Positions 15,147-29,885 of a stretch of 59,865 nucleotides of DNA are shown here, piece after piece; within the stretch, counting starts at the first letter, position 1, and every line of letters starts with the position of its first letter. The stretch is taken from positions 1 through 59,865 of the forward strand of contig ADNK01000579.1 in assembly GCA_000320545.1 (NCBI GenBank). The letters are read 5' to 3'. Made by a program: the position numbers and the translations under genes. Source of the DNA: Bigelowiella natans CCMP2755. Its lineage: Eukaryota > Protista > Cercozoa. The notes beneath the pieces are model-generated. The model was not told the origin of the DNA. It worked only from the letters and a program-made list of their open reading frames with translations, and searched no databases.

Positions 15147-16666
15147 TGGCAACTAGGCATTTACAGCAAAGAACGATTGGTGATCATGGCATGAGATGGC
15201 ATGAATTGACGGAACATGTGATTCATACTGACTATTGATAAATTGCAGTTGTAGCGTCAGCTGAGGTGAACCCAACCGAACATAAAGACGAGCGAGCTTC
15301 AGAAGAAGAGAAAAGTCGAGCAAACAATGTCAATCATTAACTCCTGATGATGGACAACGGACAAATTGAATGCAAGGGAAGAAATTGCGAATCGTGTGAG
15401 CTCGATTCACACTGACACAAGGATCAACATCTCACCATGCGTTTGCATGTAAATGCATTTCGATCCTCATCCCAATTTGCATTGCTGATTGGCCACACTG
15501 CCCTACACAACTCTAGAACTAGCTGATGCTGTTCTGATCGATGAATGTGCCAGGACCGCCACACCTAGCTAGACATGTGCGTGTGATGCGAACAAGCACC
15601 GCTTGAGATAGCTGCGGCGCGCAGCTAGCTGCTTGGTGCGCAATTGATTTTGTTTGGAAGGCCACGAGTGCAAGCGTGGTCCGTGCCCAGCGTGTTCCAC
15701 TCATTCAATCGATTGACTCGCCTGTGCATGTGGTGCTAGCGCCCGCTGCCTGTCAAAAATGACAGCTGCACGCTTGCAATCTGCAGGCTAGCAGGTCTGG
15801 CAAGGAATCACGAATGCGAACACCGAATGGAACAATTGCTGTGCGCAGCACAACCATTCTGTTCTAATGTATGAATGGTTGCCAATCGAATGTTTTTTGC
15901 TGCAATTGTTCTTTTCATTCGAATGGTTCAGCATCGATCGAATGCATTTGGCAACATGACTAGATGATTTCAGCGAATGAAGTGCAGCATGCGCGCAGGC
16001 GGCAAGCAATTTTGGTATGCCATTCTGGCATTGCTCGATCCTTTGGTTTTCCCTCACCTTTGTTCCACTCGCTTTTTGCAAACAGTTGGGCAAATGACAC
16101 CATTTGCATTCTGTTCGTTTTCGTATGAGTTTTCAAAGTCACAGTTTCATTCGACTGAACAGTGTCTGTTCGTTGATTGCTAGATTGCACAAGCAACAAT
16201 CACCATTTTCATTCGAATGAACGTGTTTGCAAACGATCACTTCATTGCACCTGTCCATCTCACAATCTAGGAATCGAGCGAGAGAGTTAAGGGGAGCTGT
16301 TCATCATGCCATTCCGACCGCAACTCGTACCGATCGAGAGACAGTGCTTGCGACGTAGATCCATGGTCGTCATCAAGGTTTTAGCTGCATGATCTTAGGC
16401 AGAGCATGATGTACGTGCTGTGCATGAGAACATGCACGGGATCTAATTGCAGCACGTACAGTCATCATCGATGCGAATCATGCATGGAATTTTGTGCATC
16501 ACTTCATGATAAATTCTGGATTGCACAGCGACGGTTTACTTTGCACAATTCTTCAACGTACATTGGCGAAATGATGCAGCTGAAAGTTGAATGATAGGGA
16601 GTTTACTTATCTTGTCAATCATGCCGCATTTTCCAGACATTCTAACGCATCCTACAACTATCTAGA

Positions 16667-18699
16667 CTAAATTGGAGCTCTTCCATCATCCACCGTTTCA
16701 CCAATGGGAGAAGGATCGCAGGCTACTTTAGTGGTTACTTGTTCGAAATCTGGCGAATTAGGTTCTGCTGTGATACCACCAGAAACAGCTATGTCTTCTC
16801 CATCGGCGCCTTTCCCCGCTCGCTCTGCAGACACAAGCTCAATGCCGCCAACTTTCGAGTCTTGGCCAACCCGTCCATCTCCTGGATCGATGCGCTGCAA
16901 TTTATCACTGTGATGAAACTCAACGCAATCTTTGAATATTGTAATGAGGAAGAACCCAGCCACCATAGAAGCCATGCATAATATTCCTCCTACCGCTGTA
17001 CCATCGAGAAGAACGAATAAATTTTCACAGTAATCTCCAACAACAATGTTCTCGTAAGCGTTGCCAATCCATCCGCATGGTGTGTACTCATTTATAGTCG
17101 CAATGAAGCCAACAAAACCTTCGATCTGTAGGGTGGCGTTGTCTATCGCCACGCGAGACGCGTTGACGCTTGAGTCGATGAGATTGGCATCAGTGACAAT
17201 ATTATTGCACGATGTGTTAAACTCAAATTTATAGATTTCCAGCAAGTCTCTCTGAGTCTCCATGTCTCTATTGACACCAGTCAGTTCTGCTACCCGTATT
17301 TTGTTTTCTGATTTAACTGAGGCCGGTGTGTGTGATGGATAGTAGGTTGGATCGTTGGTTGGATTGGCCAATTGGCTTGACGTGTAGACGTATTTTGAAT
17401 GATCTTGAGTGAAGTTGTAGTATCTACCCACCGCAACAAGTGCTATACCAGATTTAGCAGTGTCTATCTGGCTAATAGCCTGGTTGAGTTCGGTCGTAAC
17501 ATTCATGGTGCTCTTTGCTTGCTGTAATTCTGCTATTGTGTCATTTACATCATCAGTATAGTTGAATGCGTTACGCAGCCCAAAGATGTCAATAAAGTTG
17601 GAGTCAGCGCTATAATCGTACAAACCATTGGCTGTAGTACGTTCGGGGCATGTGATAATCTTGTCTATCGTCTCTGCCAGGTTTGCAGTCACGTTATTGA
17701 TCGTAAAGTTATATTTAGAGTTAGTTTTGATTGTGGTCCGCATAGTGATGCAGCCTGCAGATGTGTAAGTACCATCACATCCACATGAATCGTAGACTAT
17801 CATGGAAAGTAACATGAAGATTCCCAAAATGAAGCAAAGCCATGCAAAAAAGAAGAACACCATATAGGCTCCGCAACACATGGGCCAACGTTTTTTACAC
17901 GGTGTGTAACCAATGAACATGATTATAAGGCACACCACAGAGACGGCAAACACAGCTGCCATGACATACTGCCCCCAAGATTCCGTACTAGTAGCAGAGT
18001 CTCTCCCATCTTCGGCATCACTCTCCATGTCTACATTTGCCTTAACCTGCTTTAGTAGAGAATTACCCACGTTTATCAACGACGTGTATATCGAATTCCA
18101 AGACTCATCCACGCTCTTCCTTGTCTCAACATCGAGATCATACGTTATTGTCGGTAAGATATTATTTCGCGCTGTTACGAGAGAATTCTTGGCCTTGACC
18201 AAATATGAGCGAGTGGAATTTGGAGCTATGAGGTCTTGTTGATCTACTGAAGGAATGCTAGCAGATGCGGGGAGAACGTTCGTGAAGTTGCCGCTTCCAT
18301 GGATGGTGTCAAGGTGAGATTTGATGAAAGTTGATTGATTGTATAGGACATACACAGTCGCATTGATCGAGAGGCACTGCGTAGTCGAGTTGTCTATTGC
18401 ATTGATGGTGGAGTTCATAGCTGTAATAATAGTTTGTGTCGTATCAATCAGGTTAATTACAGACTCAAATGTCTGATTCATGTTTGTCAATGAAGTATGT
18501 AGGAATTTTCCGACGGAAGATCCAGAGCACTTAGCAAGGACACCATATGTGCCTCCATTGTCAGCCTTTATCTGCTCAAGGCTTGTTCCTATTATTAGAT
18601 TAGGCCATCGGTGAATTATCACAACTGTTGTTCACACACCCACACACTACACACACACACTACATCGGTGAATTATCACAACTGTTGTTCACACACACA

Positions 18700-18734
<35 letters not shown>

Positions 18735-19676
18735 TACCCATCCTACTGACATATGATTTTCTACTGCTAAAAACAGTCATCGAATAAGAACTATTGCCAA
18801 CCATTACTTTCAATTCCGACATCGACTAAGAACTATTGCCTACCGCTTCTGAGAGTAGCAGGGACAGAACCCACACAGTAAAAATCTTCCCCATCTTGAA
18901 GAAGCTTGATGACATTATCAAATAGCCCATCAAGGTTGGTATATCTGCAGGAAAACAAAAATTATTTCCAAATGCTTTTCCTCCTCTGTTGAGGATCTGA
19001 TGTTTGTGGCTTTTTGCAAATTTGCCTAGCTTTACCGGAAGTTTACATGGAAAATATGGTACATAAATGGAAGGGTAAAAATTACGTACAATGTGGAGGA
19101 AGAAATGAAGACCAGAAGGATTCCAGCAATGCCGATGATGATAATCAAAGATGCCAGTAACAGCCAGCATATTCTATATTTCTGCTGCCAGCATGACTTT
19201 GAACGAAGTCTCTCCTTTCTGAAACAGAAGCAGCGACAACATTCGCAGCAGTAGCCCCAGCACATGAGGTGGAATAACATGAAAATGGAAAATAGGACGC
19301 CAAGGCCGATTCCAACGCCACCAGTCTGCAAAAAATAGCAGTAGTTCAAATTATCAGATCACTTATTTTCGACAGAGGTGGAGTGTAGAAGAAGAAAGAA
19401 GAAGAAGAAACAAGAAGAAGAAGAAGAAGAAGAAGAAGGAGGAAAAGAAAAGGAAGAAGAGAAATATAGAGGACAATAAAGTACCTGCACAAGAAGTTCA
19501 TAGGTGTATGTTTGAACGGAACTGTCGTCACTCCAGTCTTCAAACTTGACAGTGGCAGGAAAGTCCCTCTCGCCGATGGTTGCAGGTCCTCCCGGTGGCG
19601 TTTGTGCGCAAATTGACGTAACGCAGAAACTCAAACTAAGAAATACTGCCATCATTGATGACGAAGTGTATTGCAT
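16667..19676 (-). CDS. Prominin-like (prominin/tweety-type) 5-TM membrane glycoprotein, ~4 exons
   Basis: Signal peptide (exon starting 19676). TM1 is followed by Cys-rich GYCCECCRCFC and TM2. A small exon ~18945-18877 (YTNLDGLFDNVIKLLQDGEDFYC) precedes the large last exon in ORF 16667-18622, which has a helical N-glycosylated loop, TM3/TM4 ending in YDSC, a second loop, CGWIGNAYENIVVGDYC and TM5. This topology matches prominin. Confidence 0.7.
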
Positions 19677-20842
19677 TATTCCTAACGGATTTTTAAATCC
19701 CCCTCCAGCTGGAAACGAATCAAGGCGAGTCTAAAATTGGGGGGAGGCTACTTGTTCACCATGAAAGATGAATCATTGCCGTTATTACAAGCCTGTATAC
19801 TTGTATTCTCCTTTAATTAATTTCTACGACAACACAAATACGAAATAACAGTGTGTAAATCACATGCGTTTATCGCACAACAGACTTCCTCGCTACCCTT
19901 TGATGGGCCAGACTAAAAATAGCTAAGATGTGATTGTCGAAATGAAAGTCATTTCTTTGAAATTGTACCAAATTGTCTTTTTTCTTTGTGAAATAAATAA
20001 TGCTGGCAGAGAACAATGCGATGCTCCTCTGATATTGGGAAAAAAAATCCAGATGGACTATGCTCGTAGTCTTGAAAACCAGAGTGAAACAAATTGTCCG
20101 TTGACAAAAAGTGTCCGAAATCCACATGGAAATCATCATCAACATTCCGAAAAGATCCCTGTCTTTCTTGTGACGAAAATGTTGTGACGACAACAAGTCG
20201 CACAACAGAATTACTGACCAGAAGATCAATGAAGCGAATCAAGCCAACCCCCACAAACTAAAAACACTCAACAAGCCAAGCGCTTTTTTATTTTTAGAAT
20301 TTGTAAAACTCAACACAACCTAGACTAAAAATCCCTCTTCTTTCTATCATTTCTTTTCTGTATTTTTTATTTAATTTTGTTTTTCCCTATGACGCATGAT
20401 GTGTTCCTTTTCCATTTTTAACTCATTATTTTGCAATTTATACGTGTTTTTCTCTGATAGATCTAAATATAAATAAATTAATTCTTTTTGAGAAGAAATA
20501 ATAATAATCTGGCGGCACCCACGTCCTCTCCTATTCCTCCTCCTCCTCCTCCTCCTCTTCCTCCTACTATCTCCTATCTCCTACATCACTACTGCACAGA
20601 AGAAAAAACAGCAGAAGCAACAACAACATCCGATAGATACTAAACGATCCAGAAGCCACAGAGGAGGGACCGCAACATAGATAAACGATAGAGCTTTTCC
20701 TTTCATTGCACTACAATCAGCTGTTGGCCACTCCTCTTTCTTCAGGTTCCAACACCCCCAAAACCTGGCCCCTCCTTCCCATTGCTACCCCTTTCACCAC
20801 TTCTGTAGATATTGAAAATTTGTTTCGTAGAAAGCTGTTAAA

Positions 20843-22185
20843 ATGCCCAAGACTGTGCCGAAGCGCTTGACGAAAGCCGAGTTGAAAAGACTGGATGCTG
20901 CAACCGTGGAGTTTACACGCGATGATGGGTTGGTGAAATCCTCTGTCGTGGACCTCCGCCTCCTTCTCTTCCTCCATCTTTTTTCCCTCCTCTTTCTCCT
21001 TCTCTTTCTCCTCTCTCCTCCTCCATCCACATGACTAAAGCCTCTTATCAACAAACAGCACAACAGACTGGGAGTCGCTTTTCAAGAAATATCCATTTCC
21101 AAACCGGAATAAAGTCCATCTGCAGGTGGGTGACGACATAGACATTTCTCTCCAAGCTGCTTAATGATTGGTTAATGACTGTGCCTCCTCGCCTTAGATG
21201 GAAGGTGAAAAACGCAGAGTCCTTGCTGTGAAGGATAGCGAGAGCCGTAGCTCTCGATCAAAGAGGAAGAGGTCACTCCCAAGTCGCTTAGCAGACGCTC
21301 AGGCAGCAGAAAGAGTTCTAAAACTTGCGAAAAAACAAGCTCGCTTAGAAACTGATGATGGCGGTAGTAATACGAGAAGATCGAAGAGGTCAAGAGTGTC
21401 GCAGAGCTCCCTTGATAGCCTTAGGAATAGTAAACCAGGAAATAAACAACCCAACATTAAGGCAATCTTGAAGGTGGTGACTAATGCCCCGAATTTAATC
21501 GCTATAATACTCCATTTAAATATAATTTATGCATTTAGGCAAATGCAGTTTCCTCAGTTATGAAGAAACAAAGATTGCAAGCTTACAAGCAAATTGGCAA
21601 GGAACAGCCGAAACTCTCATTTGGAAAGGTATCAAGACCAGCAATGTTTTTGTTAACGTTAATTAGAAATCAAATTGTGAAGCAGTACCATTTCTTGAGC
21701 AGACAAAAAGGATAATGCAAAACGTGACATCATCGACGAAGGTCCGTTAGTAAAATGTTTATGTATCATGGAAACGGCAGTTGTAGTCCAACTTTGCGAC
21801 GGCTGAGTTCGCGCCTTTCGCTATTACAGCTTTCAAAGGAGGCTGTCGCAATTGTATCAAAGGCAACGGAAATGTTCCTTTACTTTTTCGCACAGGTAGT
21901 ACGGAAACTCATTTTACAAAGAAAGATTTTAACCTAATCACCAATCTTATTGAAAAGGAAGTGAAACGAGTTGCTGCCAAGAAAATGCTGCAAAGTCCAG
22001 ACTGTGAACGTGCAACAAAGATTAGCGAGCATGCTCACTTTCTACGAGTCGCTTTATTTAACAATTACAGAGTAGTTGCACCCGAAGAAGAAGAGAATAA
22101 CAACAAATCTGAGAAGAAAGAGGGGGAGGACAAAAATGACAAAATGCAAGCTGAGGAGATGGTCACAAACGAAGCCAACAGCTGA
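20843..22185 (+). CDS. Histone-fold protein (CHRAC1/DPB3/NF-YC-like) with long basic N-terminal extension
   Basis: Spliced C-terminal exons read TKRIMQNV..LSKEAVAIVSKATEMFLYFFAQ|EVKRVAAKKMLQSPDCERA..EHAHFL followed by an acidic tail, which is the H2A-type histone-fold pattern. ATG at 20843, stop at 22185. Confidence 0.6.
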
Positions 22186-22999
22186 ATTTGTTACACCTCT
22201 GTGTGCACCGTGTGCTGCTGTGATCGATCTCTTGTATCTGCTGGATCAGTACCCAATGTTTAGATGTTCATCAATGAACAACGCCTGTACGTCGTCACAC
22301 TCGCTACTTTAATTTTATTTTTGCACCGCGTTTAAAAAAGTCAGATCGAAATCATGTCCACAGAAATCTTTATTGACATCCACAATGCTAGAATGGTAAA
22401 CATGCAACTAAGCGACGCTTCACATAGCACCACATGACGTGCGCGTGGTGCCTGTTGTGCACATCTAGACATGGTTGTCGTATAGATGCACATCGTGTGC
22501 GCGTGTCCGTCCAGCAGATGTGCGACAAATAAATGTGCTCTGGCGGACCATGCACACACGCATGGATCAGCTTCGCGTGTTGCACGACGACATCGTGTCG
22601 TACGTACGTACGTGGACAGAACTGCACAGCCGCCGCTGTCTAGCTGTAGCCGCTTCTCTGCCCAGCCACAAAAGGGTGTGACCATTGATAAAAATTGTGA
22701 CACATCACACACCGTTGTTCACACACAATTTGATCATTTGATCACATCCATCTTGCACATGCATATGCACATGACCATGTTTGGGTGCGCGGCACGCTGC
22801 ATGCGAATGAATGACAGAAAGATACTTGCATGAGACCAGTCGCACTCATGCATACTAGCTGTCTTTCTGTTTTCTCAGAAAAATGTGAAGTTCATTTGAA
22901 TTAGTACATGTTGGATTCAACATTTCGGGATGCTGCACTCGAGAGTTCTTGTGATTATATCTACGACATGTGCAGCGCATAATCATCTGTTAATTCTGA

Positions 23000-24735
23000 T
23001 CAAGCTTCAGGATTACGGAAAAAACGACGGTATGCGTAAAAAGCACCAATCCATAAAAGTATATTGCCACTGCCAAGCAAAAGTACTCCTCCCACAACTT
23101 TGAACACTGTCATCACTAAAGGCCTGAGATCCTTAAGTCGTGTGGACTTTGCAGAATCTATCATTGCCTGGAAAATCGGACGTGCAAAAATAGCAACAAT
23201 AATGCGGTCCCATAAGAAAGTGCCGACCAGTGATGCTCCCACCAGACCCATGACTTGCCATCTGAAATGATCATCTGGAAATGGTTCCAAGTGGATGAGG
23301 GTGTTGAGCTGAGGAAAATAGCCCCATGCGCAGGTGGCAACGAGAGTGACGCACAAAAAGATTGAAAGAAACAGAGAATGATTTTCCATGAGTCCATTCA
23401 TCCAAGGTCGTCCTTTATAGTTGACGAATAAGATAGCGATTATCTGGGAGGTTTCAACCAAGAAGATAACTGTATTCATCAGATTTGGGAGGAATGGTTT
23501 CTCCCACATAGACCAAAAATCCCAATCTTCCTCAGCAGCCGCCCCCCCCTCTTCCTGAGCAGCAAGGAGAGCTGCCTCAGCTTCGTCGTCACGTTTATGA
23601 AACTCTACCACTTCCCTTAGCTTTTCCTCTCCCATAGTCGTAGTGGCTAGTGTCACAGCGTAAGACATACAAGCAAGATGAATAGCAGCCTGACCCAACA
23701 TTGACAAGAAAACAGCAGGGTCAAATAGCGATGAAAGAGGCCGAACTTTTGAGAGCGCATCGACTGGTTTGGAATAAGAGAACGATAAGGAAGCTATCAT
23801 GATCAGCCAAGATGATGCCATCATCTGTCGCTGAGAACTTCTTGCCCCCTCCAATGACAGAGCTGCTAGGGTGTAAGCAGTGATAATGCATTCCAGCATC
23901 ATGATTTGCTGCTGTTGGAGGGCTGAAAGCAATGTACAACGTCCTTGCCGAATCAAAGTAACCACATTTTGAACAGAAGGAGCTCGTGAAGTGAAAGGAG
24001 CAGCTACTGAAGCATCACCAGGTCTTACTGTTGGCAGAACGGTATCTTCGGTTGCTTCCGTTGGTTTTTCCTGATCGTACACGTTTCCATACTTTTTTGC
24101 AAGCTTTGATTTCTCCTCCTTGAGCTCGTTGTACATTCTAGACATCGTTGACCTCATAATTGAAAATGTAGCCATCACGCCAACATCTTCTCCTCTATCC
24201 TGTCTTGCCTTGATTTCCTCTTGCATCCATTCCTTCTGTTTACTCATAAGTTCTTTCTGTTTCTGTGAAAATAACTGTTTTTGAAGACGAGAAGCTTCTA
24301 GTGAGCGTTTCTTGAGTTCCTTGGTCATTAGATTCAACGACTCCTCAGCAGATTTCTCTTTACTTTCCACTGCAACTGACCCAGCATTCGTATTGCCATA
24401 CCTTCATATATCAGTAAGAATAACAATAAATTCAAGAAGACCATGATGCTACTTACTGCTGCTAATGGCTTTGTAACGAAGATCAAATATGGTAATATAC
24501 ATGATGATGAATATGATGAATATCATGAGAGTTATCATTATCTCAAAAGCGCAGCAGCAGCTGAATAGTAGCAGTATTAGAAGGCGTTTTGTAAGTAATT
24601 GTAAGAACAAATTAGATGGAGATAATAGCATTGGTAGTTTCTTGCTTCATAGTAGTTTCCATAAGCAAACAAAATCATACAGATATGACGTTGATTGCTT
24701 CTACTATTGTTATTATATCACCGTGGTAGGAGGGC

Positions 24736-24768
<33 letters not shown>

Positions 24769-25423
24769 AGTGCTACTAATAATTACTTAACTACTCAGTA
24801 ACAACATACCCGCTTAAAAGTGCAAGCCCAACATCAGCTTGCTTCAAAGCACCCACATCATTTCCCCCATCACCGCACATAAGAACGTGATGCTTTTTGA
24901 ATTCTTGCATCGAAGCTATTACGCGCGCTTTACCCTATTACATTAAATGTTCTTGTTGTTTCCGCTGCTGTTATTATCGTCGTTGTGTGTGTATGTAGGT
25001 GTGTATTGGTAGATAGATAGAAAGACACACGCAAGCAAGAATGCTTCCAACATATTTTCTGAAGATACACCTTAACAAATATCATCATCATCATCATCTT
25101 ACTTACTTAGTTAGTTAGTACCTGTGGTGACATCCTAGCAAAGACATGGAGACAATCAACGTGCTTCCATATCTCACCATCAGTTAACTCACTTGCTACT
25201 AATAGCGCCTTCTCAGTAACCATTAGAGTATGTTCTTTGCCAAGATCAGGTATTTTGGCCACGTCAAATGCAATTTTAACCTAATATATACAACGGAGAA
25301 GAAGAAGTAATAGCATTTGTTGGACAATAAGTGATAATATAATTAAATGATGATGGTGATGATGATAATGATGACGATGATGACAAAGATGAGTCGTCGC
25401 AAACGGTTTCTTCCTTCCTCCTT

Positions 25424-25467
<44 letters not shown>

Positions 25468-26160
25468 AGGTGTCATCTATCCATCCATCCAGGGCAGAAT
25501 ACTACTACTACTACTACTTTAATATTTCTCTCCCTTACTAAGACTACAATACCAAGAAGAAGGGTACTCACTGCTATGACTCAGTATTCCTACTACTTCA
25601 ACTAATACTAACAATTACAACAACAACAACAATAATAGTAACAATAATACTAGCACCTTTTCCTTCTGATCATCTTGAAGAGAGAGTGCTTGTTCCCATT
25701 CCACCATCATCATCTTTGCATCATCACCATCACCATCTTCCTCTGCTGCTGCTGCCCCCCCCTCCCCTCCTTTGACCATCTTGAGCACTAATGGTTCGGT
25801 ATTTTCGGAACGAGGTACACCAATACCAACCTCACCAGCTACATGAAGGGCAGTCAAATGAGCGTCACCAGTTATCATCGCCACTTTGTGATTGCTCTCT
25901 CGTAGTGCTTGAACGATTAATCGAGAATCGCTCCTTGTATTGCACGCAAAAGCAATAAAACCAGCGAATTTTAGGTCGCTCTCCACCTGATGATGAGGAT
26001 AAAAACCCACAAGAATAATTGGACAAATAAGAAGAACAAGAACAAGAAGAAGGAATTAAAGCAGCAATATGGGAGAGGACTACTAACTACGGCGACGAAT
26101 GACCGGAGGATCGAACGACTACATTGTTAATAACTCATGCCGGATGATGGATACAAATAA

Positions 26161-26207
<47 letters not shown>

Positions 26208-26804
26208 CATAGTGATGGCCTACAACCCACAACAGCAGCAGTTAGATAGGTAGGTAGTAGTAGTAATAATACATACAGCTATCATGTTTAAGTAGATAAT
26301 ACTACATCATCAAAACACAACAACATTTGAGATGATTATCTCGAAGAATACGATATATTATTAGCACTTATGCTGATTAACAGAGAAACACGCACACACG
26401 CACACACACACACACACACACACATATTCTACAAACTAATAAAATAACAACCCATTTGCGGTCTTGTAGTTCGGATCTTGCTGCTCCTTGAGGAACCCAT
26501 TTATAAGCAAGGGCAAGCACCCGCATCCCTCTTTCAGCCATAGAACTATGTGCTTTATCGTACCAGGAAGGTGTATTTTCTTTTTTCATCAGCTTGCTCA
26601 AGGCCTCTGGAGAACCTTTCACTAAACATGCTCTTTTTGTCCCCTGTAGTATCACCATACACAATAGATGATAAGAAAGGATCAGAGGCAGGAGGCGGAG
26701 GAAGGAAAGGGAATTTAAATGGGGGAAGGGGTACTTGAGATGGAGTGGTAGAAGTAGTAGTATTCACATCATCATCAACATATGTAACTTGACTTATAAA
26801 ATAC

Positions 26805-26844
<40 letters not shown>

Positions 26845-26868
26845 ATTGAATTTACTGTATAATCTCAT

Positions 26869-26904
<36 letters not shown>

Positions 26905-27224
26905 TGTGTTGCTGCTTGCCTACTACTAAGTTTTCATCATCTATCAGCTGATAGGAGGAGGAGGAGGAGGAGGAGTACCACCACCACCAGCAGCAGCAGC
27001 AGTAGTAGTAGTAGTAGTAATTATATTCGTAGTGTTTTTTGTCCTCCCCCCTCTCCTCGTTCTATTCCGCATGATGATGATGATGATGATGATGATGATG
27101 CATATAATAGCAACCTGAGAGGCAATGGTGATATCCGCTATAACAGACATTCGTTGTAGTTTAGACAAAAAATGGAACCTGAAATCAAAGGGTGGGTTGT
27201 TATTACAGATTGATGGGTGAATGA

Positions 27225-27270
<46 letters not shown>

Positions 27271-27387
27271 AGATACTGAGTAAGATATTGTATTTAAGAT
27301 ACTGAGTATGATGATATTGTACGCTTGTTGGATTGTAGTAGCAGAGAATTATTCTCTCAGGAGTAATAGTAAGGGGGTTAGGTTCCC

Positions 27388-27430
<43 letters not shown>

Positions 27431-27438
27431 GAGTAATG

Positions 27439-27475
<37 letters not shown>

Positions 27476-27513
27476 CGAAGAGTATCATCCTTATCATCGT
27501 ACTGATAGTCATC

Positions 27514-27545
<32 letters not shown>

Positions 27546-28542
27546 CATCATCATCACCATCATCACTACATCTTTGTAATCAAATACACAAGATTCCAAC
27601 TATAACAAATAGCTACTATGAAGAAAGAATCATTACCACATCCACGACTACTTACTACTGCTAATAGTACTACTTCCAATACTACTCTAAGTTGTAGTAC
27701 CTGTTAAGAATTCTCACGGAACGTATCTGCAAACAACACAAGAAATTAGAACAAACACATGTAGCAGCAGCGCGCAAAGTAGGCTCTCCCCCATTGAAGA
27801 TAATATATCATTATACATCCGTAGAAGGGGGGGGGATACTACTTTATCATCCAATGTAACCATCAATCAAAAACACAAGACAATCAAATACATTTGTGGT
27901 GAGAGGGAGGGGGTTGTGTTGTCCACAGAGCAATGATTGAGGATGATGATGATGATGATGATGATGCGTATTATGTGTATGTCTATCTTTTTCGTAAAAT
28001 GCATCATCATCATCATTATCAACATCAAAACCTACCGGAAACTTCCTTGCTCTTTCCTCGGTTTTCGTCTTGGCATCCTTGGCCTTTTAGTTATAATGAT
28101 TATTATTATCATTTCATACAATCGCTATATACATAGGAAAGAGTTATAACATCTCCGATCTTTTGTTTTCTTTTTTAAAAAAATAACGAGGAGGAGGAAG
28201 AAAGTGGTGGTGGTGGTGGGAGAGGAGGGAGAGGGGGAGGGAGAGGAGGCAACGATGACATCTTGCTACTATCCTTCTTCTAGTACATAAAATGCAGCAG
28301 TGATAATAATATATAATATGTCTTTGATGGATGCGGATTCCAAGTTGTTATTGTTGAAGTACTACAACTACTACTACTACTATTACTACTACTACTACTA
28401 CTACTACTTCTTCAAGTGCTCGTTGGATATCCTTCACGCGCTCACGCCATTTCTAGTTACAAGTTTGGAAAAATAGATGGTGATGATGATAATGACGACG
28501 ATGATGATAATGAGAACATCAAAATAACTCATCATCTGGTTG

Positions 28543-28579
<37 letters not shown>

Positions 28580-28794
28580 CCCAGCAGCACACGACAACAA
28601 CACACAAGAGGATGATTCTTATTTATTTCTTTATACTACAAGCTCATCGTCATCATCATGATCATGATCATCATCATCATCATACCTTTGCTGCTGCTTC
28701 AGAAGATGTTGGTTGTTTGCCCTCCGCTATTAATAGATAGATAGGTAGGTAAGTAGGTAGTAGTAGAAATATGTCAAAGCAAAAGACAGAAAGA

Positions 28795-28852
<58 letters not shown>

Positions 28853-29176
28853 ATTAATGTATGTATTATTCATGCTAATTACTACTACTAGTAGTAGTAG
28901 TTTGGTAGTAGCTAATCACAGACAGCTGCTAATAACATAACATAACAAGCACCACCTGCAATTCGGTTCTTGAAATCTTGAATTTTTTTGACGTGTGCCG
29001 CTGTACTTCCCGGGGTGGATGTGGAGGTCTTAGGGTTATACGTCCATTCAACTCCTTTGATTGCTGCTAATTCAATGGGATCTCCTGCGAGGGGGGAGGG
29101 GGGGGAGGAAAAGAAGAAAGCATATATTAATTGATAATGCATGCAAAAGCATATTATCTTGTATTTTTGTGGGCAT

Positions 29177-29207
<31 letters not shown>

Positions 29208-29247
29208 GCTACTACTATCACACTACACGTAGAGAATAGATAGATAT

Positions 29248-29278
<31 letters not shown>

Positions 29279-29740
29279 TGATGCATCATAACATAGTAAT
29301 TAGCCTTTCTGCTGACCTACTAATCCAGCACCCTCCACGCTCACTAGAGAATGGCATCTGTTATTGCACAGTCAATATACGATGAGCATTATAACCTACA
29401 CAAACAACTGCTACCCTTTCTTGTACTTGTTGTTCAGCTACTAATTACTGCGCTAATAATAGCACACATTTAGCTAAGGAAACTTGTTACGAATACAATA
29501 ATAAGAGGACATCATGCATCATCACCATTTATCAGTTATCCATCACAAGCAGTAAGTAAGTACCCTGCTAGCACCATGGTAGCATTTGGCTCTGCATTTG
29601 CTACTTTTTCTATTGCCTAATATTATGTGTTATGTAAGTATGTGGATGCGTGGCATGATGAGTGAAGAATAACAACAAAGGATAGATATCAGAAACAGAT
29701 CAAGGCAGCAGGGAAAGAGGAAAAGAAGATGAGGAAAAAG

Positions 29741-29787
<47 letters not shown>

Positions 29788-29847
29788 GTACCTATCGTAC
29801 CAATGAGGGTAAACACAACAAGATAAATACAAATCAGTTCTTCTGCT

Positions 29848-29885
<38 letters not shown>

